DNA of 64,000 nucleotides from an uncultured archaeon (GCA_964608675.1 CAZSOZ010000003.1:53041-117040), one strand, 5' to 3'. Positions 9,426-18,875 are shown, numbered from the stretch's first letter. The notes: generated from the letters alone by a model not told the origin. Numbers and translations: made by a program.

Positions 9426-10228
9426 ATCATTTTTTTGGCTTTTTCGTAGTCTTTTTTTGTGTTAATGTTTAAGTAGATTCCTTGGAAAGGGTATCCTGTT
9501 AGAAGTCCTTTTTTTGCAAGTTTTGGGAATAAGTCGTTTGAAATGCTTTTCATGTTTCTTGAAATGTATTTGAATATTTCAGGTTCAAAAATATAGTAGC
9601 CTGCATTAATCAGATAACTTGAAGCTTCTGTTTTTGGTTTTTCTTTGAATTCAGTTATTTTTTTTCCTTGTAATACTGCTACTCCGTAATCTTTTGGGTT
9701 GTTTACGGTTGTTAATGCAATTGTTGCAGTTGATTTGTTTGCCTGATGAAATGAAAGCATTTCATTTAAATTAAGACTGCATAATGTGTCTCCGTTTGCC
9801 ACCAGAAAAGTGTCTTTTAGCTGGTTTTTCATTCTCAGCAAAGGCTCTATTGTTCCTGATGCTTTTTCTAATTCAAGAAATTCTGCATCAATCTTTTTTT
9901 GGTTTATTTCTTGAATTATTTCTTCTTTTTCTGCATCCATGCTGACAGTAATTTTTCCTGCATTGAATTCCTGTAAATAGTTTATTACTCTTTCAATTAA
10001 TGTTTTATTATTTAATTCCAGAAGAAACCTGCTTTTTTTTCCTGTTCCTTTAATGAAATCTTTTCCTCCTGCTAAAACAATTGAATTTTTTATTTTGTAG
10101 TCTGAAAGTGTTTTGGATAAAAGGTATTCTACTGCCTGGCTTCTGCTTCTGATGCTTAATCCGTCCACTATTCTGTCTACCTGCTTTAATATATCGTCTT
10201 TTATTGTAATTGTAATTCGTTCTCTCAT
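9422..10228 (-). CDS. Ribbon-helix-helix + nucleotidyltransferase-like fusion protein (copy 2, degenerate active-site signature)
   Basis: MRERITITIKDDILKQVDRIVDGLSIRSRSQAVEYLLSK (RHH); LAGGKDFIKGTGKKSRFLL replaces GxGTRLxPxTxxxPK; NGD, FKEKP and INAGYY retained. Confidence 0.85.
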   Translation of the reverse strand: MRERITITIKDDILKQVDRIVDGLSIRSRSQAVEYLLSKTLSDYKIKNSIVLAGGKDFIKGTGKKSRFLLELNNKTLIERVINYLQEFNAGKITVSMDAEKEEIIQEINQKKIDAEFLELEKASGTIEPLLRMKNQLKDTFLVANGDTLCSLNLNEMLSFHQANKSTATIALTTVNNPKDYGVAVLQGKKITEFKEKPKTEASSYLINAGYYIFEPEIFKYISRNMKSISNDLFPKLAKKGLLTGYPFQGIYLNINTKKDYEKAKKMI

Positions 10229-10250
10229 ACTTTCTCATACTATGTATGAG
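10224..10250. promoter_or_regulatory. Putative RHH operator 2: CTCATAC-TTT-CTCATAC-TAT-GTATGAG overlapping the start codon of RHH-NTase copy 2
   Basis: Perfect 7-bp direct repeat plus perfect 7-bp inverted repeat; TATA-like TTTTAAAA at 10260-10267; lies in the divergent promoter with ugd. Confidence 0.78.
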
Positions 10251-10319
10251 TCATTCTTATTTTAAAATCTTTTTATGCCATTTTACTTTATTGTTTATTT
10301 TTTTTGGGAAGTGATTTTT

Positions 10320-11585
10320 TTGAAGATTTCTGTTATTGGAACAGGTTATGTTGGACTAATTTCAGGCACAGGTCTTGCTTTGAATGGCCATCAAATTGTC
10401 TGTATTGACAGCAATAAAGAAAAAGTTGATTTAATTAACAGTAAAGTTCCTCCTATTTTTGAAAAAGGCCTTAAGGAAGCCTTGAATAAAATTGTTCCTG
10501 ACAGGCTTTCTGCTTCATCTGATTTAAAAAAAGCTGTTTTGGATTCTGATGTTTCTTTTGTTTGTGTTGGAACTCCGTGCAGTAAAGAAGGAAAATGCGA
10601 TTTGACTGCAGTTGAATCTGTTGTAAAGGAAATTGCTTTGGCTTTAAAGGAAAAGACTTCTTTTCATACAATTGTAATTAAGAGCACTGTTGTTCCTTCC
10701 ACTACTGAAAAACTTGTTTTGCCTTTGCTTGAAGAATTTTCAGGAAAAAAGCTGGGAGAGTTTGGCTTGTGTATGAATCCTGAAACTTTAAGGGAAGGTT
10801 TTGCTTTAGAGGATTTTTTGAATCCTGACAGAATTATTCTTGGAATTCAGGATGATAAAACCAGAAAAGCAATGAAGGAAGTTTATTCTTCTTTTTCTTC
10901 TCCTAAATTTTTTTGCGGTTTTTCTGAAGCTGAAATGATTAAATATGCTTCCAATTCCTTGCTTGCAGCAAAAATTTCTTTTATTAATGAAATCGGAAAC
11001 ATCTGCAAGAAACTTGAAATAAATACTTATACTGTTGCTGAAGGAGTTGGATTAGACAAAAGGATTTCCCCTCATTTTTTGAATGCAGGAATAGGTTTTG
11101 GCGGAAGCTGTTTTCCTAAAGATGTTTCTGCTTTGATTGCAAAAGGAAATGAACTTAATATTGAAACTTTTTTGTTGGATTCTGTAATGAAAGTGAATGA
11201 TTTTCAGCCTAAAATTTTTTTGGATTTAATTAAATCTAAAACAGAATTAAAAGAAAAAAAAGTTGGTGTTTTGGGGCTTGCGTTTAAGGCAGGAACTGAT
11301 GATATAAGGGAAAGTCGTTCTATTCCTGTAATTAAAATGCTTTTGGATGAAGAAGCAGAAATTCTGGCTTTTGATCCTCAGGCTGAAGAAAACATGAAAA
11401 AAGAGTTTCCTGAAATTTCTTATTTTGATTCTGCTCAAAAAACAGTTGATGAAAGCGATTTAGTTTTGATTTTAACTGAATGGAGCGAATTTTCTTTTCT
11501 TGAATTTAAAAACAAGCCGGTTTTTGATGCAAGAAACATTTTTAAGAATAATAAACCCAAAAACTATGAAGGGCTGTCTTGGTGA
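10320..11585 (+). CDS. ugd: UDP-glucose/GDP-mannose 6-dehydrogenase
   Basis: KISVIGTGYVG, CVGTP, IKSTV, GFGGSCFPKD catalytic Cys, GLAFKAGTDDIRES. Start moved to TTG 10320 after a GAAGTGA RBS. Confidence 0.92.
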   Translation: MKISVIGTGYVGLISGTGLALNGHQIVCIDSNKEKVDLINSKVPPIFEKGLKEALNKIVPDRLSASSDLKKAVLDSDVSFVCVGTPCSKEGKCDLTAVESVVKEIALALKEKTSFHTIVIKSTVVPSTTEKLVLPLLEEFSGKKLGEFGLCMNPETLREGFALEDFLNPDRIILGIQDDKTRKAMKEVYSSFSSPKFFCGFSEAEMIKYASNSLLAAKISFINEIGNICKKLEINTYTVAEGVGLDKRISPHFLNAGIGFGGSCFPKDVSALIAKGNELNIETFLLDSVMKVNDFQPKIFLDLIKSKTELKEKKVGVLGLAFKAGTDDIRESRSIPVIKMLLDEEAEILAFDPQAEENMKKEFPEISYFDSAQKTVDESDLVLILTEWSEFSFLEFKNKPVFDARNIFKNNKPKNYEGLSW

Positions 11586-11592
11586 TGTTTGA

Positions 11593-12477
11593 ATGAGTGA
11601 AGAAATTAAACCTGTAAAAAAAGCTGTTATTCCTGCTGCAGGGCTTGGAACAAGGTTTCTGCCTGCAAGCAAGGCTGTTCCAAAGGAAATGTTTCCTGTT
11701 GTTGACAAGCCTGCAATCCAGTATATTATTGAAGAAGCAGTTGATTCAGGAATAGAAGACATTATTATTGTGACAGGAAAAGACAAAACTGCTATTGAAG
11801 ATCATTTTGACAGAGTTCCTGAATTGTATTCAAAGCTTGAAGAAAAAGGAAAGAAAGACTGGCTTTTAATGCTTGAAAAAATTGATGGTTTGGCTGACAT
11901 TCATTTTATCCGTCAGAAAGAGCCTTTGGGTTTGGGTCATGCAGTTTTGTGTGCCAAAAAACATATTGGAAACGAGCCTTTTGCTGTGCTTCTTGGAGAC
12001 GATTTAATTTTGTCTGATAAACCTGCTTTAAAGAAATTAATTAATATTTATGAAAAAAATGATTCTTCTGTTTTGTGTGTTCAAAATGTTCCCAAAAAAG
12101 AAATTCCTTTGTATGGAGTAATTAAATACAAAAAAGTTAACGGACAAATTGTTGTTGAAAACATGGTTGAAAAACCTCCTATAAGCAAGGCTCCTTCAAG
12201 TCTGGCTATTGTTGGAAGATATTTATTGAAGCCTGAAATTTTTGGGATTCTTGAAGAAATTCCTTTTGGCAAAGGAAAGGAACTTCAGTTAACTGATGCT
12301 TTAAGGATTTTGAATGAAATTGACAAACTAATGGCTTATGAAATTGATGACGGAAAATGGCTTACTGTTGGAGACAAAACAAGTTATTTGAAGGCCAACT
12401 TAGAGTTTGCTTTAAAGAGAGCTGAAATGAGAAAGGACATTCTTTTGTTTATTAAGGAAATAAACAAGAGAGTTTAA
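11593..12477 (+). CDS. galU: UTP--glucose-1-phosphate uridylyltransferase
   Basis: KAVIPAAGLGTRFLPASKAVPKEM, RQKEPLGLGHAV, LLGDD, VEKP, ELQLTDAL. Confidence 0.95.
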   Translation: MSEEIKPVKKAVIPAAGLGTRFLPASKAVPKEMFPVVDKPAIQYIIEEAVDSGIEDIIIVTGKDKTAIEDHFDRVPELYSKLEEKGKKDWLLMLEKIDGLADIHFIRQKEPLGLGHAVLCAKKHIGNEPFAVLLGDDLILSDKPALKKLINIYEKNDSSVLCVQNVPKKEIPLYGVIKYKKVNGQIVVENMVEKPPISKAPSSLAIVGRYLLKPEIFGILEEIPFGKGKELQLTDALRILNEIDKLMAYEIDDGKWLTVGDKTSYLKANLEFALKRAEMRKDILLFIKEINKRV

Positions 12478-12492
12478 TTAAGGTTTTTTTTT

Positions 12493-13425
12493 ATGATTAA
12501 AGTTTTGGTTTCCGGTGGAGCAGGTTTTATTGGAAGCCATTTATGTGACAAATTAATTGAAGAAAAAAAAGAAGTTTTTTGTATTGACAGTCTTGTTTCA
12601 GGAACAAAAAAAAACATTCAGCATTTAATGAAAAACAGTAATTTTCATTTTTTAGAACAAGATGTAAACAAACTTGTTTTTGAAGAAAAAGTTAATGAAG
12701 TTTTTCATTTGGCTTCTTTGGCTTCTCCTGCTGACTATTTTTCTAAGCCAATTGACACAATGCTTGTGGGTTCAATTGGAACAAAAAATTTGTTGGATTT
12801 GGCTTTGAAGAACAAAGCAAAATTTTTGTTTACTTCTACTTCTGAAGTTTACGGAGATCCTTTGGTTCATCCTCAAAAAGAATCTTATTGGGGGAACGTT
12901 AATCCGATTGGAAAGCGTTCTTGTTATGATGAATCAAAGCGTTTTTCTGAAGCTTTAATTAAGGCTTTTGAAAGAGAATTTGAATTCAAGGGAAAAATTG
13001 TAAGAATTTTTAATACTTACGGCTCAAGAATGAGAATAAACGATGGAAGAATTGTCCCTAATTTTATTAATCAGGCTTTAAACAATAAGCCTTTGACTGT
13101 TTATGGTTCAGGAAAGCAGACAAGAAGTTTTTGTTTTGTTTCTGACATGATTGACGGAATAATTAAAATGATGAATTCTAATTTAACTGGTCCAATTAAT
13201 CTTGGAAACCCTGAAGAGTATTCTGTTTTGGAGTTTGCAGAAAAAATTAAGAAAGCAAGCGGAAAAGAACTTGAAATAAAATTTTTGTCTGCTTTGGAGG
13301 ATGACCCTAAACAAAGAAAACCTGATATTTCTCTTGCAAGAAAAAAACTTAATTGGAATCCTGAATTTTCTTTGGATGAAGGATTAAAAATTACTTTGGA
13401 TTATTTCCGTAAGGCTAATCTTTAA
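12493..13425 (+). CDS. UDP-glucuronate decarboxylase (UDP-xylose synthase) family
   Basis: GGAGFIGSHL, HLASLASP, TSTSEVYGDP, YWGNVNPIGKRSCYDESKR, RIFNTYG, DDPKQRKPDI. Confidence 0.92.
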   Translation: MIKVLVSGGAGFIGSHLCDKLIEEKKEVFCIDSLVSGTKKNIQHLMKNSNFHFLEQDVNKLVFEEKVNEVFHLASLASPADYFSKPIDTMLVGSIGTKNLLDLALKNKAKFLFTSTSEVYGDPLVHPQKESYWGNVNPIGKRSCYDESKRFSEALIKAFEREFEFKGKIVRIFNTYGSRMRINDGRIVPNFINQALNNKPLTVYGSGKQTRSFCFVSDMIDGIIKMMNSNLTGPINLGNPEEYSVLEFAEKIKKASGKELEIKFLSALEDDPKQRKPDISLARKKLNWNPEFSLDEGLKITLDYFRKANL

Positions 13426-13458
13426 TTGTGTTTTGTTAATTATTTTTATTGATTAAAA

Positions 13459-13923
13459 ATGATTGAAGGAATTAAAATAAAAAAATTAAAGAGAATTGAT
13501 GACGAAAGAGGTTATTTAATGGAAATTTTAAGGAATGATGACGAAATTTTTGAGGAATTTGGTCAGGCTTACATTACTTGTGTTAAGCCTGATTACGTTA
13601 AAGGCTGGCATATGCATGAACATCAGACAGACCATTTTGTGTGTGTTAAAGGAAACGCAAGAGTTGTTTTGTGCGATAAAAGAGAAAACTCAAAAACTTT
13701 TAATGAAGTAAATGAATTCATTTTAGGAGAAAAAGAAGAAAACAGAATTTTATTAAAGATTCCAAAAAAAGTAATGCATGGCTTTGAGTCTGCTGACAGC
13801 AAAGAAGCTTTGATTTTAAATTTTCCAACCAAAACATATAATTATGATGACCCTGATGAAATAAGGCTTCCTTTTAATTCAAAAGAAATTGATTTTGAAT
13901 GGAAAGCAAAAAAAGGCGGTTGA
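13459..13923 (+). CDS. rfbC: dTDP-4-dehydrorhamnose 3,5-epimerase family cupin
   Basis: DERGYLMEI, VKGWHMH, HGF; adjacent to rfbB/rfbD/rfbA-like genes. Confidence 0.85.
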   Translation: MIEGIKIKKLKRIDDERGYLMEILRNDDEIFEEFGQAYITCVKPDYVKGWHMHEHQTDHFVCVKGNARVVLCDKRENSKTFNEVNEFILGEKEENRILLKIPKKVMHGFESADSKEALILNFPTKTYNYDDPDEIRLPFNSKEIDFEWKAKKGG

Positions 13924-14880
13924 ATGAATTTACTTGTAACAGGCGGAGCAGGATTCATTGGAAGCAATTTCATTAAACGCTTTATTGAATTTTATCCTGA
14001 AGCAAGAATAGTTAATTTAGATAAATTAACTTATGCCGGCAGGCTTGAAAACTTAAAAGAACTTGAAGGCAACAAAAATTACAAGTTCATTAAAGGAGAC
14101 ATTTGCAATAAAAAAACAGTTCAAAAAGCAGTTAAAGGAATTGATATAATAATTAATTTTGCTGCTGAATCTCATGTTGACCGTTCAATTGTTTCTCCTG
14201 AAGACTTCATTAAAACAGATGTTTTTGGAACTTTTGTTTTATTAGAGGAAGCAAGAAAAAATGATTTGCAGGTAATTCAGATTTCAACAGATGAAGTTTA
14301 TGGAAGCATCGAAAACGGTTTTTTTACTGAAGAAAGCCCTTTAATGCCTTCTTCTCCTTATTCTGCTTCCAAGGCTGGAGCAGACAGACTGTGTTTTTCT
14401 TATTTCAAAACTTATGGTTTGAATGTAAAAATAACCCGTTCTTCCAATAATTTTGGTTCAAACCAGTTTCCAGAAAAATTAATTCCTTTATTTATTACAA
14501 ACCTTTTGGAAGAAAAAAAAGTTCCGGTGTATGGAGACGGAAAAAATGTAAGGGACTGGATTTTTGTTAAAGACAACTGTGATGCAATAATTAAAGTAAT
14601 GAATAAAGGAGAAAAAGGGGAAACTTATAATATTGGGGGCGAAAACGAAAAAACTAATTTAGAAATAACTGAATTCATTTTAAATGAATTAGGAAAAGGA
14701 AATGAATTCATTGAATTTGTTGAAGACAGAAAAGGACATGATTTAAGGTATGCTTTGGATTGCACTAAAATAAAAAAACTTGGCTTTAAGCCAAATCATT
14801 CTTTTGATGATGCGTTAAAGGAAACAATTAATTGGTATAAAAATAATTTTTGGTGGTGGAAGCCATTAAAGAAAAACTGA
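13924..14880 (+). CDS. rfbB: dTDP-glucose 4,6-dehydratase
   Basis: DKLTYAG, FAAESHVDRSI, ISTDEVYGS, SPYSASKAG, QFPEKLIP, DRKGHDLRY. Confidence 0.95.
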   Translation: MNLLVTGGAGFIGSNFIKRFIEFYPEARIVNLDKLTYAGRLENLKELEGNKNYKFIKGDICNKKTVQKAVKGIDIIINFAAESHVDRSIVSPEDFIKTDVFGTFVLLEEARKNDLQVIQISTDEVYGSIENGFFTEESPLMPSSPYSASKAGADRLCFSYFKTYGLNVKITRSSNNFGSNQFPEKLIPLFITNLLEEKKVPVYGDGKNVRDWIFVKDNCDAIIKVMNKGEKGETYNIGGENEKTNLEITEFILNELGKGNEFIEFVEDRKGHDLRYALDCTKIKKLGFKPNHSFDDALKETINWYKNNFWWWKPLKKN

Positions 14881-15731
14881 TTTTTTTAATCGGCAAAGGT
14901 TTTCTTGGAACAAAAATTGTTTCTGTTTTCAAAGAAAAAGGAATCAAAGTTATTACTGCAGGCCTTGAAGAAAAAAATGATTATTCTTTGGATATAACTG
15001 ACGAACAATCTTTGATTTATTTGTTTAAAGACTTGAATCCTGATATTGTTTTGTTGCCTGCTGGAATAACAAATGTTGACTATTGTGAAGCAGAACAAGA
15101 AAAAGCAATAGAAGTCAATATTGAGGGAACAAGAAATGTTGTTGATGCATGCCGTGCTTTTAATTCAAAATTAGTTTTTTTTTCAACTGATTATGTTTTT
15201 GACGGAAAAAAAGGAAATTACACAGAAAAAAACAAAGTTAATCCAATTAATTTTTACGGCAAAACAAAAGTTAAAGGAGAACAGTTTGTTAAAGGATTAG
15301 AAGATTATTTGATTGCAAGAGTTTCTGCTTTATATGGCTTTAATTCAAATAAAGACAAAAACACTTTTGTAAGATATGCAGTTAATGAATTAAAGCAGGG
15401 AAACCAAATTACTGCAGTTAAATTAATTAACTGCCCTACTTTAATTGATGATGTTGCTGAAGCAGTTTTTTTTATGCTTGAAAAAAATTTTTCTGGATTA
15501 TTTCATGTTGCAGGATGTGATTCTTGCTCCAAATATGATTTGCTTAAAAAAATCTGCAAGGTTTACGGTTTTGATTCATGCCAAATAAAAGAAGTTTTGT
15601 CGATTCCTAAATGGAAAGCTCAAAGGCCTGAAAACACTTCTCTTGATACAACTAAAATTCAACTGCAAGGAATTAAAATGAGTTCGGTGGAAGAAGGTTT
15701 ATTGAAAATGAAGGAGCAAATGAAATTATGA
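14850..15731 (+). CDS. rfbD: dTDP-4-dehydrorhamnose reductase family
   Basis: TNVDYCE, FSTDYVFDG, NFYGKTK, PTLIDDVA, AQRPENTSLD; exact start uncertain. Confidence 0.88.
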   Translation: MVVEAIKEKLIFLIGKGFLGTKIVSVFKEKGIKVITAGLEEKNDYSLDITDEQSLIYLFKDLNPDIVLLPAGITNVDYCEAEQEKAIEVNIEGTRNVVDACRAFNSKLVFFSTDYVFDGKKGNYTEKNKVNPINFYGKTKVKGEQFVKGLEDYLIARVSALYGFNSNKDKNTFVRYAVNELKQGNQITAVKLINCPTLIDDVAEAVFFMLEKNFSGLFHVAGCDSCSKYDLLKKICKVYGFDSCQIKEVLSIPKWKAQRPENTSLDTTKIQLQGIKMSSVEEGLLKMKEQMKL

Positions 15732-16450
15732 AAGGAGTAATTCTTGCTGGAGGAACCGGTTCAAGGCTTTTTCCTTTAACTAAAATTACAAACAAGCATT
15801 TGCTTCCAGTTTATAGTAAACCTATGATTTATTTTCCTATTGAAACTTTGCTTGATGCAGGAATAAAAGATATTTTGATTGTTTCAGGAAAAGAGCATGC
15901 AGGAGATTTTTTGAAGCTTTTGGGTTCAGGGAAAGAATTTAATGCAAGATTTACTTATGAAGTGCAGGAGGAAGCCGGAGGAATAGCCCAAGCATTGTCT
16001 TTGGCTGAAGATTTTGCTGACAAAGAAAAAATTGTTGTTGTTTTAGGAGACAACATTATTGAAGATTCAATAAAGGAACAAGCAAAAGAATTCCAGAAAA
16101 CTGATTCTGCTTTCATTTTTTTAAAAGAAGTCTCTGATGCACAAAGATTTGGTGTTCCTGAATTAAATGGAAAAAAAGTTCTTTCAATTGAAGAAAAACC
16201 CAAAAAACCTAAGAGCAGTTTTGCTGTCACAGGAATTTACATGTATCCTCCTGAAGTGTTTAAAGTAATCAAAAATTTGAAGCCGTCTGCAAGAGGAGAA
16301 TTTGAAATAACTGATGTAAATAATTATTTTATTAGGAAAGGAAAACTTAAAGCAAATTTTTTGCAGGGTTTTTGGACTGATGCAGGAACATTTGAATCCC
16401 TGTTTCGTGCAACAAAACTAGTTAAAGAAAAACTTCATAACTCTGAGTAA
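15728..16450 (+). CDS. rfbA: Glucose-1-phosphate thymidylyltransferase (RfbA/SpsI-like, short form)
   Basis: KGVILAGGTGSRLFPLTKITNKHLLPVY, LGDN, EEKP, SARGEFEITD, WTDAGT. Confidence 0.88.
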   Translation: MKGVILAGGTGSRLFPLTKITNKHLLPVYSKPMIYFPIETLLDAGIKDILIVSGKEHAGDFLKLLGSGKEFNARFTYEVQEEAGGIAQALSLAEDFADKEKIVVVLGDNIIEDSIKEQAKEFQKTDSAFIFLKEVSDAQRFGVPELNGKKVLSIEEKPKKPKSSFAVTGIYMYPPEVFKVIKNLKPSARGEFEITDVNNYFIRKGKLKANFLQGFWTDAGTFESLFRATKLVKEKLHNSE

Positions 16451-17532
16451 ACTTTCAAGTATTTTTTCATTACTTTTTCTTTGCTGAACAATTCAGCTCT
16501 TTTTTTTGAAACTTGAACTGCTTTCTCATAAAATTTTTTGTTTGTTAAAATTTTTTCAAGCAATTCACTTAGTTTTTCTGTATTTCCTCTTTCAACTATT
16601 AATTCTTGTTCTTGTTTTATTCCTTTTGGGGATCCAATTGAATCAGTGCATACAACAGGTTTTCCTAAAACTACTGCTTCCATTAAACTTAATCCGAATG
16701 CATCTCCATGCAATGCAGGCACAACAACAGCTTCGCTTTGGCAGTAAAGCTTGTTTAATTCTTCATCTGAAACAAATCCTTTTATTTCAGTGATTTCCTG
16801 CATTCCTTTTTCCTTTATTTTTTCCTTTAATTTTTCTTTTTCATATGCAGGGCCAACAAAAACCAGTTTTGCGTTAACTTTGTCTTTTATTTTTTCGAAT
16901 GCTTCCAGCAAAACATATATTCCTTTGCTTTTATCTATTCTTCCTACAAATAAAATTATTTTTTGTTCAGGTTTGTCGCAAGAAATTTTTTTGAATTTTT
17001 TTTCCGCCCATCCTTGCAAGGTAGTAATGTTTTTTTCTTTGAAGTATTTTTCTTTGAAGTGTTTTTCTAAATTCCAAGTATATGTTGTGGTTTTGTCTGC
17101 TTTCTTTAATGAATTCAATAAAAAGAATTTTTTTATTGGATTAGAAAAATTTTTTTCTAATTGTTCTCTTCCAAAAAAAGTTATTACTGATTTTCCTTTC
17201 ATTTTTTTTGCTAATTGTATTGTTGCAAGCAATGGAGGCATTGTATAGAATCCGTGATAAACATCATATTTTTCTAATTTTTTTCCTGCTTTAATGTAAT
17301 CGTTTATTCTTTGCATTGGTTTTGTTTTATGTATTTCGTGTGTTTTGAATCTGTAAATTCTTACTCCTTTTGTTTCTTCTTTTTCTTTTAAGTTGTTCCA
17401 GTTAGGTGTAAGAATGTCTGTTTTGATTCCTTGTTTGTTTAACCATTGCGCGGCGCCAAAAACCAGTCTTTCTGTTCCTGCTTTGACAGGAAAAGCAAAA
17501 TCTGAAATCAGCAGAATTTTTTTTGGTTGCAT
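16435..17532 (-). CDS. Glycosyltransferase family 4 (GT-B)
   Basis: FPVKAGTE, FVGRIDKSKG, DAFGLSLMEA...GKPVV. Confidence 0.88.
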   Translation of the reverse strand: MQPKKILLISDFAFPVKAGTERLVFGAAQWLNKQGIKTDILTPNWNNLKEKEETKGVRIYRFKTHEIHKTKPMQRINDYIKAGKKLEKYDVYHGFYTMPPLLATIQLAKKMKGKSVITFFGREQLEKNFSNPIKKFFLLNSLKKADKTTTYTWNLEKHFKEKYFKEKNITTLQGWAEKKFKKISCDKPEQKIILFVGRIDKSKGIYVLLEAFEKIKDKVNAKLVFVGPAYEKEKLKEKIKEKGMQEITEIKGFVSDEELNKLYCQSEAVVVPALHGDAFGLSLMEAVVLGKPVVCTDSIGSPKGIKQEQELIVERGNTEKLSELLEKILTNKKFYEKAVQVSKKRAELFSKEKVMKKYLKVYSEL

Positions 17533-18795
17533 TTAATCTTTTCCTATTATTTTGAATTCAGGCAAAGGAACAATAAATTTTCCGCCTTTTTCAAAGAATT
17601 CTTTTTCTCTTTCTTTGAATTCCTTTAAGAAGTGCCATGGGAGAATTAAAAAATAATCTGGGTGCTCTTTTCTTGCTTGTTCTTCTGAAATAATGGGAAT
17701 CATTGTTCCAATTGTTTTTTTTCCAAATTTGTCTGAATTTCTTTCTGCTGCAGCAGAAATCAGTTTGTTGTCTAATCCAAAAAACTGAAGCAGAGTGTTT
17801 CCTTTTGTTGATGCTCCGTACACATAAACTTTTTTTCCTTTTTTTGTTTCTTCTTGGATGAATTCTTTTACTTCTTTTTTTATTTTGTTTACTCTTTCTG
17901 CAAAATCTTTGTAAGGCTTTTTTGTTTCTAATTCAAGTTTTTTTTCTTTTTCTCTTAATTCTTCTAATTTTTTCTTTTCTTTTTCTGAAGCTTCAATTTG
18001 ACTTCCTTTATGCTTAATGTAAATTCTGTAGCTTCCTCCGTTAACGTTATTTAATTCTGCTCCAATTGCTTGCATTTCATGTCTTTCCAGTAAGTTTTTA
18101 AGCGATGTCATTGAATAATATTCTAAATGCTCATGACATATGTTGTCAAATGCATTTTGTTCTAACATTAAGGGCAGATAACTCATTTGAATTATCCATA
18201 AACCGTTTTCGTCTAAAACTTTTTTTACATCTGCAACAAATGCATTAGGATCATCTAAATCATAAAACATTGCAATGCTTGTAATCACTTTTGCTTTCTT
18301 TTCTCCAAACTCTTTTTTAAATGCTTGTGCATTAAAAAAATCATTAATTATTTTTGTTGTTCCTTTCTTTGAATATTTCAGTAAATTTTTTGCGGGATCA
18401 AATCCAATTAATTTTATTCCTGCTGTTTCATAGCTTCTTAATAATGTTCCGTCATTGCACCCAATATCCAAAACTAAGTCTTCTTCTTTTAATTTAATTA
18501 TTTCTTCTGCTTTTTTTGTTATATTCCCTAAAGCTTCAGTCATTGTTTTGTTCATTCCTGAACGATACCAGTAATTATGATACATTAATCCTGAAGGAGT
18601 AGTATGTTTTAATTGCAGTAAACCGCATCCTTCTGAACTCACATCACATAAATTGAGTTCTAAGGGAATTTTTGTTTGCTGTTCTTCTGGTGAATCAACA
18701 AAATTTGACACGTATTGGTTTCCTAATGAAAGTATTTTAATTAATTTTTGGTTTCCGCAAACCCTGCATTTTTGTATTTCTTTTGCTTTTTCCAT
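17533..18795 (-). CDS. NDP-hexose C-methyltransferase family (zinc-binding, class I SAM), copy 1
   Basis: CRVCG, YWYRSG, DIGCNDGTLL, FDNICHEHLEYYS, GGSYR, YGASTKGNTLL, LPWHF. Confidence 0.88.
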   Translation of the reverse strand: MEKAKEIQKCRVCGNQKLIKILSLGNQYVSNFVDSPEEQQTKIPLELNLCDVSSEGCGLLQLKHTTPSGLMYHNYWYRSGMNKTMTEALGNITKKAEEIIKLKEEDLVLDIGCNDGTLLRSYETAGIKLIGFDPAKNLLKYSKKGTTKIINDFFNAQAFKKEFGEKKAKVITSIAMFYDLDDPNAFVADVKKVLDENGLWIIQMSYLPLMLEQNAFDNICHEHLEYYSMTSLKNLLERHEMQAIGAELNNVNGGSYRIYIKHKGSQIEASEKEKKKLEELREKEKKLELETKKPYKDFAERVNKIKKEVKEFIQEETKKGKKVYVYGASTKGNTLLQFFGLDNKLISAAAERNSDKFGKKTIGTMIPIISEEQARKEHPDYFLILPWHFLKEFKEREKEFFEKGGKFIVPLPEFKIIGKD

Positions 18796-18866
18796 TAAAC
18801 CACTAAAATCAATTTTATCATATTATTCTTGCAACAATTTAAATAAGTTAATTTTTTAATCCAGTT

Positions 18867-18875
18867 TTGTACCAA
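18867..18875 (+). promoter_or_regulatory. TTGTACCAA motif, copy 1 (upstream of flippase)
   Basis: TTTTGTACCAAAAACCGC followed by TTTAATAA; intergenic. Confidence 0.65.

Noticed and set aside
18808-18822. TCATATTATTCTTGC as a third RHH operator
   Set aside because: Only one good half-site; the inverted TATGA and the third site are missing.
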